DNA of 63,893 nucleotides, the filler included, from Octopus bimaculoides (lineage: Eukaryota), in the NCBI RefSeq assembly GCF_001194135.2. It is 7 parts of 6 records of this genome, joined end to end, with 100 filler letters (N's around TTAATTAATTAA, not from the genome) between each part and the next. Parts side by side here need not be neighbours in the genome. Positions count along the whole stretch, not along the records: positions 9,945 to 23,945 come from NW_026399621.1; 6 more parts are not named here. One strand, written 5' to 3'. The notes under the pieces were generated by a model that made no database searches, was not told the origin of the DNA, and saw only the letters and a program-made list of their open reading frames with translations. Shown here piece after piece: positions 11,198 through 21,198 of this stretch; within the stretch, counting starts at the first letter, position 1, and every line of letters starts with the position of its first letter. The translations under genes and the position numbers were made by a program.

Positions 11198-12921
11198 CAT
11201 GACTTTTTAATCTTCCAGTCTATACCTTGCTCAGTTCAGGGGTTTTATCTAGCAGGTACTTGGTGACCTCACTGGTCATGGTACAACATAAAAAGCACCC
11301 AGTACAGTCTTAAGCGGTTGGCATTAGGAAAGGGCATCCAGTTGTAGAAGCTATACCAAGGCAGATATAGAACTCTTGGCTCATCTGTTCTTGTCAAACC
11401 ATCCAATCCATGCCAGCATGGAAAAATTGAAAAAAAAAAAAAAGGGGATGCTAAATGGTGATTACATCAATCCCAGTGAGTAACTGGTACTGATTAGCTC
11501 TAAAAGGATGAAAGCAAAGTCGACCTCAGCAGAATTTAAATGCAAAATGTAAAGACAGAAAAAATGCCACTAACCATTTTGTCCAGTGTGCTAACGATTC
11601 TGAGATCTTAACAATAATAATAATTGATTCTAAAATATGCACATTGAGAGCAATTTCAAGGGCAGGCATATGTTAATTACATCAACTCCAGTGCTCAACA
11701 GGTATTCATTTTATTGACCCCCAAAAAGATGAAAGGCAAAGTCAATTTCAGTGGAATTAGAAATCAAAACATAAAACATGTAAAATCTGAAGAAATGTTG
11801 CAAAGCATATTGTCCAGCATACTAACGATTGTGCCAGCTCACCACTTTATTATTATTATTAGTAGTATTAGTAATAGTAGTAGTAGTAGTAGCAGCAGTG
11901 ATTTCAAATTATGGCCCAAGACCAGTAATTTTCAGGGATAGGTTAAGTTGATTACATTTACCCCAGAGCACAACTGGTACTCATTTTATCAACTCTGAAA
12001 AGATGAAAGGCAGAGTCAACCTCGGTAGGATTTGAACTCAGAACATGAAGATGGATGAAATGCTGAGAAGCATTTTCCCCAGTGTGCTAACAGTTGTGTC
12101 AGCTTGCCATCTTAATAATAATAATAATAATAATAGCCCTGATGCAGTACCAGGCAGTGGCTCTCATGGCTTTTGATCTGATTGGAAGTGTTATCATGTA
12201 CATTGCTTTGTCTTGGTATAAAAGATGGGTTACAGCAAATATTCTGCTCAATACCACAGATTTGCTTGTCAGTTGTTTGACCAAAACCAGTTGAGTATGT
12301 CCCTTGGTGGCTGACAATATGTGCATCTCTGATCATGAGCAGAAGTAGTGGGGGAGCATCATAGCCATGTATTGAGAGGAATTCTTTAGAGCTGGAATAA
12401 TTCACCCCTGGAAACATGGGTGTTTCATCCAACATCCTTAAACAACCCTTATTCAGGGACCTCTTGAGTGGGATGGGCAACTTGAACTGAAGAAAATTGT
12501 AACTGGACCCCACCTGCAAGGTCATACACTGTTTATCTTGATATGAAATCATCATGTCGTGCACATATGGTTGTGATGCATGTGCCAGGTGTACCCTTAT
12601 CAGACGGGTAGCCATAATGGGTATATTGGGCTTCGTATAATTGTATCCCAGTGTCACTTTGATGGCATGCACTGCTTTCTCACTCAATAATGATAACAAC
12701 AATCCTTTCTCCTATAGGCACAAGGCCTGAGGGAGCATGGAGCAGTCGATTACATCAACCCCAGTACTCAGCTGGTATGTATTTTATCGACCCCGAAAGG
12801 ATGAAAGGCAAAGTCAACCTCGGCAGAATTTAAACTCAGAATGTAACGGCAAACGAAATACTGCTAAGCATTTTGCCCAGTGTGCTAATGATTTTGTCAG
12901 GTTGCTGCCTTAATAATAGTG

Positions 12922-12974
<53 letters not shown>

Positions 12975-13390
12975 CCTTTCTGCCATAGGCCCAAGGCCTG
13001 AAATTTGTGGGGAGGGGACTAGTCGATTACATTCACCGCAGTGTTTCACTGGTACTTAAGTTATCAACCCCAAAAGGATGAAAGGTAAAGTAAACCTCAG
13101 CAGAATTTGAACTCAAAACGGAGCTAAACATTTCATCCAGCGTGCTGATTCTGCCAGCTCGTCACCTTAATAATAATGATGATGAGGATTTCAAATTTTG
13201 CCACAAGGCCAGCAATTTCAGGAAAACAGGTAAGTCGATTACATTGACCTTAGTGCTCAACTTGTACTTATTTTATTGATCCTGAAAAGATGAAAGGTAA
13301 AGCTGGCCTTCATCTTTAGAACATAAAGATGGACAAAATACCACTAAGCATTTTGCATGGTCAGCTAATAATTCGGCCAACTCACCATAA
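11010..13390 (-). mobile_element. Cluster of 7 co-oriented family A tRNA-SINE copies separated by (TAA)n
   Basis: Copies at about 11010-11125, 11445-11612, 11625-11845, 11897-12113, 12703-12912, 12974-13170 and 13186-13390. All share GGATGAAAGGCAAAGTCAACCTCGGCAGAATTTGAACTCAG. Confidence 0.9.
12136..12686. mobile_element. Unclassified ~550-bp interspersed element embedded in (TAA)n
   Basis: Higher-GC block with sharp ends and (TAA)n on both sides. It is spanned by the stop-free minus ORF 12112-12702 (196 aa), which has no recognisable domain. Confidence 0.6.
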
Positions 13391-14067
13391 TAATAATAAT
13401 TACAATAGCAACAATGCTAATTAAATTGGTGGGTGGTGGAATGTAATTAACTTTGGTTCACGATTGAAATATTATTTTGTCAACGCCAATGAGAAGAAAA
13501 GGGAAGATGATATTGGTAAAGCTTGAACTCTGAAATGAAAATAATTTTTGCTAATGTAAAGAACAGAAACAAGAGAAGATGATAAAGATTCTTTAGCAAG
13601 AAAAATGGCACCAACCTGGACTCCTTGTACAGAAGTAGACGGAATGTTGGGTGGTCGAATTTTGGGCGGTTCATTCTTAGGTGAAAGTAAATCGATATCT
13701 TTGTAGTATTCCACCAGTTTTCTCTTTCTTTCTGTTAGGTAATGGCCAAATGATGGTAATTCCTTTTGCAAAAAAGAGAAATGGGAAATGATAAAAAGTG
13801 TTTAAGAATTTAAGAAATGCATATGTACGTATGAATGTATTTCTTGCACATATGTATGTATACGAGTGTGCGTTAGACGGCCAGATTGAGACCCTAAGCA
13901 CTTAAAAGATTTTGGTGCCCCCATATATACGTAATTCAAAATATAAATGATAAACCATAAAATAATTTTTTAGTCTTTAAATGAAACTAAAATAACATGG
14001 AAAATAATATTTATTTTTGTATACATCCACTTTATATATATTTGAAAAAAATTTATCCTAATTTTTT

Positions 14068-14393
14068 CGTGCCAGTGACACGTAAATAGCACCATTTGAG
14101 CGTGATCGTTACCAGCGTTGCCTTACTGGCACTTGTGCCGGTGGCATGTGAAAAAACATTTGAGCGAGGCCGTTGCTAGTACCGTCAGACTAGCCCTCAT
14201 GCTGGTGGCACATAAAAGCACCCACTACACTCTCGGAGTGGTTGGCGTTAGGAAGGGCATCCAGCTGCAGAAACTCTGCCAGATCAGATTGGAGCCTGGT
14301 GCAGCCATCTGGTTCGCCAGTCCTCAGTCAAATCATCTAACCCATGCCAGCATGGAAAGCGGATGTTAAACGATGATGATGATGATGATGATG
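14068..14393 (+). mobile_element. SINE-like element with internal ~60-bp tandem subrepeats and (GAT)n tail (family D)
   Basis: GGCACGTAAA..GAGCG..CGTT.CCAGT units followed by ...CAACCCATGCTAGCATGGAAAGCGGACGTTAAACGATGATG. Copies: 23500-23877, 36620-37092, 29090-29290, 11255-11425 (+); 49425-49730, 21310-21500, 26927-27049 (-). Confidence 0.85.
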
Positions 14394-14612
14394 TATGTCT
14401 TTGATCAGATCCTCAAGATTAATCTTACATAACATTTTCTTATATACTTAGTAGTTGAGATAATACTACCACAAAAGTCTTACAGATTAAACCCAAGTTC
14501 TTCCATTGAATGAAGCTGGAGCATTACTTTGTTCTGACTTTCTTGTAGTGTTTTTTTGGCAAGGATATTTGGGTTGATAGCTACTGCTTTCCCCGACAGG
14601 ATGACCATTGAC

Positions 14613-14678
14613 CTACATAGAGCTACATCCAGCCTTCAACAGATCTTGTTTGTAATCCCTGTTGGATGTCCAGACAGC
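14613..14678 (-). CDS. Possible terminal exon AVWTSNRDYKQDLLKAGCSSM* (CaaX-like end)
   Basis: Phase-0 AAG acceptor after a pyrimidine tract is compatible with the exon at 15271-15444. Weak support only. Confidence 0.25.
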   Translation of the reverse strand, partial: AVWTSNRDYKQDLLKAGCSSM

Positions 14679-15270
14679 CTTCTCACAAGAGTAACAAGCA
14701 ACTCAAGTGTTACAAGAGTAACAAGCAACTTCAGCAGAAAAAGGATAATGTTTGTCCAAAATTTATCCAAAGAGAATCCTCACTTTAAGGCCAACGTGTA
14801 GTTTTATTTCATAAAGCATCATCAAGTCTTCTAGATCTCCTATCTATGGCTCAGCTTGAAGAATACCTTTTACAATCCTTTCTTGCAACATTCTAGTCAC
14901 ATGACCGTAATCACATGACCTTAATCACATGTTGAGTCATTTTAAAAATGAAAACACAAAAGCAAAATACAACCTTATTAGAAAGAGGGTTAGAAAAGGC
15001 CAAAAGAGATTTCAGGTTGGGAGACCACGTAGTGGCTCTTTTCAATGGCTTGTATAGTAGTCATTGGCCAGTGATTATACAATGATGGTAGTGATGGTTG
15101 TTGTTGTGGTAGTAGTGTGGTGGTGCTTGTGGTGCACATGATTATGGTTGTGGTGGTGGTTATGGTAATAGTGGGGGGGTGGCTGCTGTCATTGTGGTGA
15201 AGTGTAATGAGAGCGATGGTGATGTCATTGCTGAAGAATGAAGAAGCAAAAATACATGAGGGCCACAAAC

Positions 15271-15444
15271 CTTTCCTTGAAGAACTTCTGGCACAGGTTT
15301 TCCCATCTGTTGGATGATTGTCGGTGGACTCTGTCCATCCCAGTCTTTCAATTCATTGATTGCACGAAGATATAAAAGTGCTTTCAATCCTGTCACATAA
15401 TCATCGATTAGAGTGAAATCCTGGTTTTGAATGGCACTGCACAC
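15271..15444 (-). CDS. Internal coding exon of an unidentified protein ([58 protein letters not shown])
   Basis: Acceptor catttcttag| and donor aag|gtttgt; 174 nt, phase 0-0, stop-free, non-repetitive protein-like composition. Family not recognised. Confidence 0.8.
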
Positions 15445-15567
15445 CTAAGAAATGTGAGACAGAATATACACACATGCTTTTAGTGCAATACTCAGATATA
15501 ATACACAGACACACACACATATAATATACTTGCCAGTCAAACAAAACACACACACAGACACATATAT

Positions 15568-15792
15568 ATGAGGAGGGATGGTGTTTGGAAAGTTCCTGGC
15601 TTTGGGTAAAAGAAAATACAGGAGGATCAGTTAATTATGATTTTATTCAACATATTTCCCTCTCAGATTCACACATTTATTGCAGCAGTCCTTCAATTTT
15701 TCTAAGTCTTGTAAAAGAACACAGAAGATTGGGTCTCCAATCAGGCCTTTTGTGATACCCTTAAAACCAGGAACTCTTCAGCACCCTTCCAT
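15568..15792. mobile_element. Mariner-derived MITE
   Basis: TIR-like ends (...GAAAGTTCCTGGCTTT / AAAACCAGGAACTCTTCAGCACCCTTC) with TA flanks; interior matches a mariner transposase 3' end. An inverted copy lies at 18791-18980. Confidence 0.8.
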
Positions 15793-16462
15793 ATATATGC
15801 ATGCTTGTGTGTGTGTGTGTGTGTTTTTTAGTATTTGTATTGCGTTTGTCTTCCACTGTCACTTGACAATTGGTGCCGGTTTGCATCCCTGTAAACCTTT
15901 TTATCAAAGAGGCAGCAATAAAAAATACCATGCTTCAAAAAACTAAAAAAAAATAAAGTAAACACTTCAAGATGGTGGCCCCAGCATGGCTGCAGTCCAA
16001 TGACTGAACAAATAAAAGATACAGTAACAGAATTTCACCTCTGCATTAAACAAAGAGTACATGAAGAATAAACTGCTACAAGTGAGTAGTGGCTTCACCA
16101 GTATCAACGTTTACTAGTCAAAAACAAGCTTAATATGAATGAATATTGTATTGTCTTGATCATATTGTGTTGTTTAGCATACAGAGAATATAGAGAAAAC
16201 ATATGTAAAGTAATAAATTTAATGCACACAGTTTTATCAATTGACTTAATAGTAAGGTTTCTTCTCAATAATAACAATCTCTGTTGATATGAGTTAACAG
16301 AAAATTGCATGATATAAGATTATAATATATCCTTGTCAAAAGGGCTTTCAGTTATTTCACTGAATAGCTATTCGCACAGTCCTTTTAAATACTCATAACG
16401 GAACATGGTTCATGAATTTAAACACACACACATGTACATACATACATGTATCTGTGTGTGTT

Positions 16463-16505
<43 letters not shown>

Positions 16506-16661
16506 GCATGTGTATGTGTATATATATATATATAAAATATAGTATTAATAAAATAGGAGATGGAATGTGTATTAGACTTTATTGAGTACAACACATCTAT
16601 TTATTCATTTTGTATGATTTTCCCATTATATATAAATACACACACATATACATATATGTAC

Positions 16662-16714
<53 letters not shown>

Positions 16715-17232
16715 ATATAATCACACACACACACACATAAACATACCTCTGTGTGTGTGTGTGTTGCATCTGTATATGTGGCTATATATTTAAACAAAGC
16801 ATTGGCGAAGCCAAGTATATGAAACATGATAAAATATGGGTTTACATTTTCATTCATTTCACATACTCTTCATAATCTACAACAATGATTTGATGAAAAG
16901 TAAACATGTATCCATTATTTAATGTAAGCTTGTATTTGTTTAGCTATAACATAATTTTCAATAAACGGAATTTATACATGAAGACACATATGCATTAACA
17001 TTGCTATACACACATATTTATTTAAACATTAATATTTATTCTCTATATTCTATACGGTTTGAACCATTTCCAGAATTGTAGGCTCACACACACACACACA
17101 TACTATTGGGTACAGATACTCAACCACTTGAGTAAGTGTACCCAATAATGTGTGTGTGTTCAGGTATATGTTCGTTTGTCCATCAAATTTAGTGATAGTC
17201 CAGTACCTGAAATACTTAAGAAACAATACAGA

Positions 17233-17361
17233 TTATAGCTTATTAATAAGTTCTGCTGTTGTCAAGAAGGCCTCTTCATCAGAGAAGTGCTGCAGACAAT
17301 GCTCACATTCACATAAACCAGGATCGTTAAGGTATGGTTTGCAAGTTTCCCATTTGGCCTC
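17233..17361 (-). CDS. Candidate exon EAKWETCKPYLNDPGLCECEHCLQHFSDEEAFLTTAELINKL*
   Basis: Acceptor gtatctcttag|, phase 0, open to stop. Its connection to neighbouring exons is unresolved. Confidence 0.45.
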   Translation of the reverse strand, partial: EAKWETCKPYLNDPGLCECEHCLQHFSDEEAFLTTAELINKL

Positions 17362-17435
17362 CTAAGAGATACATGAAGATTCAAATGTCTTATAGCTCTG
17401 AGTGCTAAATTTCTTCCATATAGCTCTAAACTAAG

Positions 17436-17511
17436 TCAACTCCTTCCCATGACAATGGATTGATCTTGCAGTCTTTCAAGTACATCTTGAATTTTCAGTG
17501 CATCTTTGAAT
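17436..17511 (-). CDS. Candidate exon (R)FKDALKIQDVLERLQDQSIVMGRS*
   Basis: Acceptor tcttgtaaaag|, phase 2; joins in frame to the exon ending at 19444. Confidence 0.4.
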
Positions 17512-17673
17512 CTTTTACAAGATACACAATACTGTTCTCTTTATTTACAAGTTCAAAACAGAAAATTGTATTTAATGGCGGTTGCATGTCAAAGTCAAAG
17601 GAATGGAACAAATGGAAAATAACAGATATCAAGAAGAAGAAGTCAGATGCTGAAGACACAAAGAGTGACTCAC

Positions 17674-17769
17674 TCTTCTTCATCCCCTTCTCTACTGCCA
17701 TTGGCCTGAACAGCCACTCCAGACACTGGCACCCTTCATAACCATCAGGATGAAAAGGTTGAATCACTC
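17674..17769 (-). CDS. Candidate 96-nt exon (G)VIQPFHPDGYEGCQCLEWLFRPMAVEKGMKK
   Basis: Acceptor ctgttag| and strong donor a|gtgagt; symmetric phase 1-1; only one frame is open. Confidence 0.5.
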
Positions 17770-18335
17770 CTAACAGTTTAACTTCTCAGATACAAGTTAA
17801 TGTCTTTACCAATGAGAGTAGTCATGAGTAAATTGTGACCCAAATGATTTTCTGAATGGCACGCCTAAGAAAAATAGATTACCCTGAAATTTTCAGTTGT
17901 GTGACCCACCTGAAAATGAGCCAATGTACCATGCGGAATGTTTCTTAGGAAAGTAAAAAAACTCTAAACCATACCTGTGTATAGTTTAGAGTCAGACATT
18001 TTGATATGATATGTCTAGCCCTACAGCATTGCATAGCAACCGACCTGGAAGCATTGGCACATCTGATAAATTCTGTATTATGAATTCTATCTTATTGATT
18101 TATACTAAAGATATTCTTAAAGCAAACATTGAAATGATTGAGATTTTTAACATGAAACTGGTATCCTGTCTAAGTATCAGAACTGCAAAAGAATGTCCTC
18201 ATTCTGTTTATGTGCCAGAGTGTACTTACATATTTACTAGCATACAGAAAATTTCACCATGTTATTCTCTGGGTATTTGGCCTTTAGAGGGCAAAACTCT
18301 ATAATTCTGAAATTGCTTGCTGTCTTGTATACATA

Positions 18336-18713
18336 TGTAGTAACGCCGTGCGCATGCGTAGTCTCACGCATGCGTGGAATTAAACAAGCAAGCTTTCCCG
18401 CTTAATTCTATCTCTTTCTTGCTGGCCAGCAATAAAGCATGGACGTGTCAAGCAGTGTCTCCAACATTCCAACCTGGAGACAGTCTCTTTATGTGTATAG
18501 CTGTCACTCTTCATCTTTCGGACTTACACTCGACAGCTCGCTCACATCTACATAACAACGTCCCAACAACTATGCTCACACACATAGAAGCTGTAACAAC
18601 AAGAGCTAAAGATGTATATATTTACCACCTGAATAAATGTTGTTTAAGTTGATAGTCTGGAGTTCAGCGTTCCGTTATATTTCTTAATTTTATATAGGAA
18701 AGTCAGGTATACA
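18336..18713 (+). mobile_element. Candidate solo LTR
   Basis: Begins TGTAGT and ends TATACA, is CpG-richer than its flanks, and has AATAAA about 80 bp from the end. No clean TSD was found. Confidence 0.4.
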
Positions 18714-18790
18714 TCTAATGATGTATAACCAACGTTCCTATACATATATACATGCATGCATACATGCAAACACACATCTGTATGTTTATA

Positions 18791-18978
18791 TGAAAGGGTG
18801 CTGAAAAGTTCCTGGTTTTAAGGGTATCACAAAAGCCTGATTGGAGGTCCAACCTTCTGAGTTCTTTTACAGGACTTAGAAAAATTGAAGGACTGCTGTA
18901 ACAAGTGTGTGAATCTGAGAGGGAAATATGTTGACTAAAATCATAATAAACTGATCCTCCTGTATTTTCCTTTACCCA

Positions 18979-18980
<2 letters not shown>
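18791..18980. mobile_element. Mariner-derived MITE (inverted relative to 15568-15792)
   Basis: Begins TA-TGAAAGGGTGCTGAAAAGTTCCTGG; interior is the reverse complement of the 15.6-kb copy. Confidence 0.8.
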
Positions 18981-19032
<52 letters not shown>

Positions 19033-19443
19033 AACATACAGACGTGTGTTTGCATGCATGCGTGTATGTATACATGTATACAAGCCACCAAGTAATTTCA
19101 GAATTATAGAGTCTTGCCCTCTAAAGGCCAAATACCCAGAGAAAAGCATTGTATATTGTGCTAATGTCTTTGCCCACACTACATCAGCACAAATGTAGCT
19201 ACACCAGCACAAAACTAATTCTAGCATCTCCACCTGAAAACATCACAGCATGTTTAAAATTGTGGTAAAATAGATACAAATGAGAGATTACTAGTGTCAT
19301 ATGGGCAATGTTAGATAATAAACAGGTATTTTGTAACGCATCAAAGTACTGAGAACTTTGCTTTACAGAAAAGATACAAATCTTTTATAATCCTACCATA
19401 ACATTTAATAAAATAAAGTGTGCAAAAGGCGAGCTAAATTCAC

Positions 19444-19620
19444 CTGTTCACATCTTCCCAAATAGTTTCTTGGGAATTTTTATCAAGGACATCCCTGATG
19501 CACGATAGATGACAGCTGACTTGGACTTCAAAGATTTGCACCCACTGTAGTGCTTCCACCTTTAGCATTCTTTCCATTTCTTTCCAATTCAATGATGTGA
19601 AATGTCTACTGAAGCTTTAC
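19444..19620 (-). CDS. Candidate exon ...HFTSLNWKEMERMLKVEALQWVQIFEVQVSCHLSCIRDVLDKNSQETIWEDVN(R)
   Basis: Acceptor atttttcag| and donor cag|gtgaat; 177 nt. The phase-2 frame is open except for a TAA at the first codon, which alternative acceptors such as 19605 avoid. Confidence 0.5.
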
Positions 19621-21068
19621 CTGAAAAATATTACTCAGGGAATATAATGCTCATATAAACAAACACGCACATGCACAAACACACATATACTGTGTGTGTG
19701 TTATTGTCTTGTTTGAAAAATGCGGAGAACATATCTATAAAGTTTTACATTTAATACATACAATTTTATCAATTGATTTAATAGTAAGGTTTCTCTCAAA
19801 AACTGCATTTTCCTTTAACAACAGCTAATAGAAAATTGTATGATATAAAATTAAAATACATTCTTATCAAAAAGGCCTTCAGTTATTTCATTCAATAGCT
19901 TTTCACGCAGTTCTTTCCAAAGACTTTTAACGGAATATGATTGTCAAATTCCTATACCTATGAATATCTATGTTGATATATACATATAAACACACTAGTA
20001 TTCATGCACAGCATACACAAAGATACATGCAGGCACATACACATACATATATACATACATATATGTGCTTGAGTGTCTAATACATAACCATATATATAAA
20101 TGAAGCATTGGTGAAGCCAATATTTTATGAAAGCCAATTCTTGTATGAAACACTCTAAACTATGGATTTACACTTTCACTCATTTCACACATTCTTCATA
20201 ATCTGCAACAAAGATTTATTGAAATGTAAACATGTATTCATTGTTTAATGTAAACATATATTTGTTGTTTAATTACAACATAACTATCAGTGAATTGAAT
20301 TTACTCACATGCACGTTATAAATTATATATTGTTCATTGAAACAATAATATTTACTCTTTGCAAACTTTCTAGGAATGAATAACTAATGCATTTGTAGAT
20401 AATCAATTTATTAAGTGTACCCAATTATATATATATATATATGTGTGTCTGTGCATGCATGCATCTGTGTATACATATATGTTTAGCCAATGGTCACCAC
20501 TTTTATAGTCTGTAAGTGTATCTGGTAGTTGAGCGTGTGACGCTTGGCTAAATTAAATCTTCTTCCAGTATAGACGGTTGGTTGGTTGGTTGGTCCAAAA
20601 TGAAACAACATGGAGGCGATGGCAGTACTAGTACTGTGTGCAAGAATACTTCCAAGAAGGCCACATGCTGAGGGAGTTCTAAAGCGAAGGAAGGAAAACT
20701 CTCTAGTGAGAAATGGTGACTGTCATGCTTTATAGAAATGCCAAACTGGAAGCAGAAGGAAACGTTCCATTCTAATCAATCACAAAGAACGACACAAAAG
20801 GTGCGACCACACTAATTCGACTGAGCCAACTTTTGAAATGGAGAAATGTGTATTTGCATGTAAGCCAATATCAGACACAGAGCTGCTACATATGCATATA
20901 CATACATGCAAATATAAACACGCATTCAATCTAATAATAATGACAATATAATATGTATATATGTAACTGCAAAACCCTACGAAATATCTTTCCTTCATAC
21001 TAAAGTCAAACTACAGAGATTTTGATTAGCATTAACTTCAGAGGCAATGTAAGAACTCATCAACTTAC

Positions 21069-21198
21069 AATTGACTGAGACTGAATCTGGTATCTTTAGA
21101 ACTCCACCATGTTTTCTCAAATGAGTCATTTTGGTCATATGTGAATAGACTCGGAATTTGTAGAATTGTCCTTTATGTCATTAAAATGAGATATTTTG
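21069..21198 (-). CDS. Candidate exon with strong donor (att|gtaagt)
   Basis: Acceptor tattctag| at 21198 (all frames closed) or taaag| at 21170 (102 nt, two open frames: TILQIPSLF... or GQFYKFRVYSH...). Frame is ambiguous. Confidence 0.35.

Noticed and set aside
14685-14731. 27-bp-period duplication ACAAGAGTAACAAGCAACT
   Set aside because: Simple local slippage. The similar 18-bp duplication at 1654-1689 and the 13-bp one near 32310 also show no further structure.
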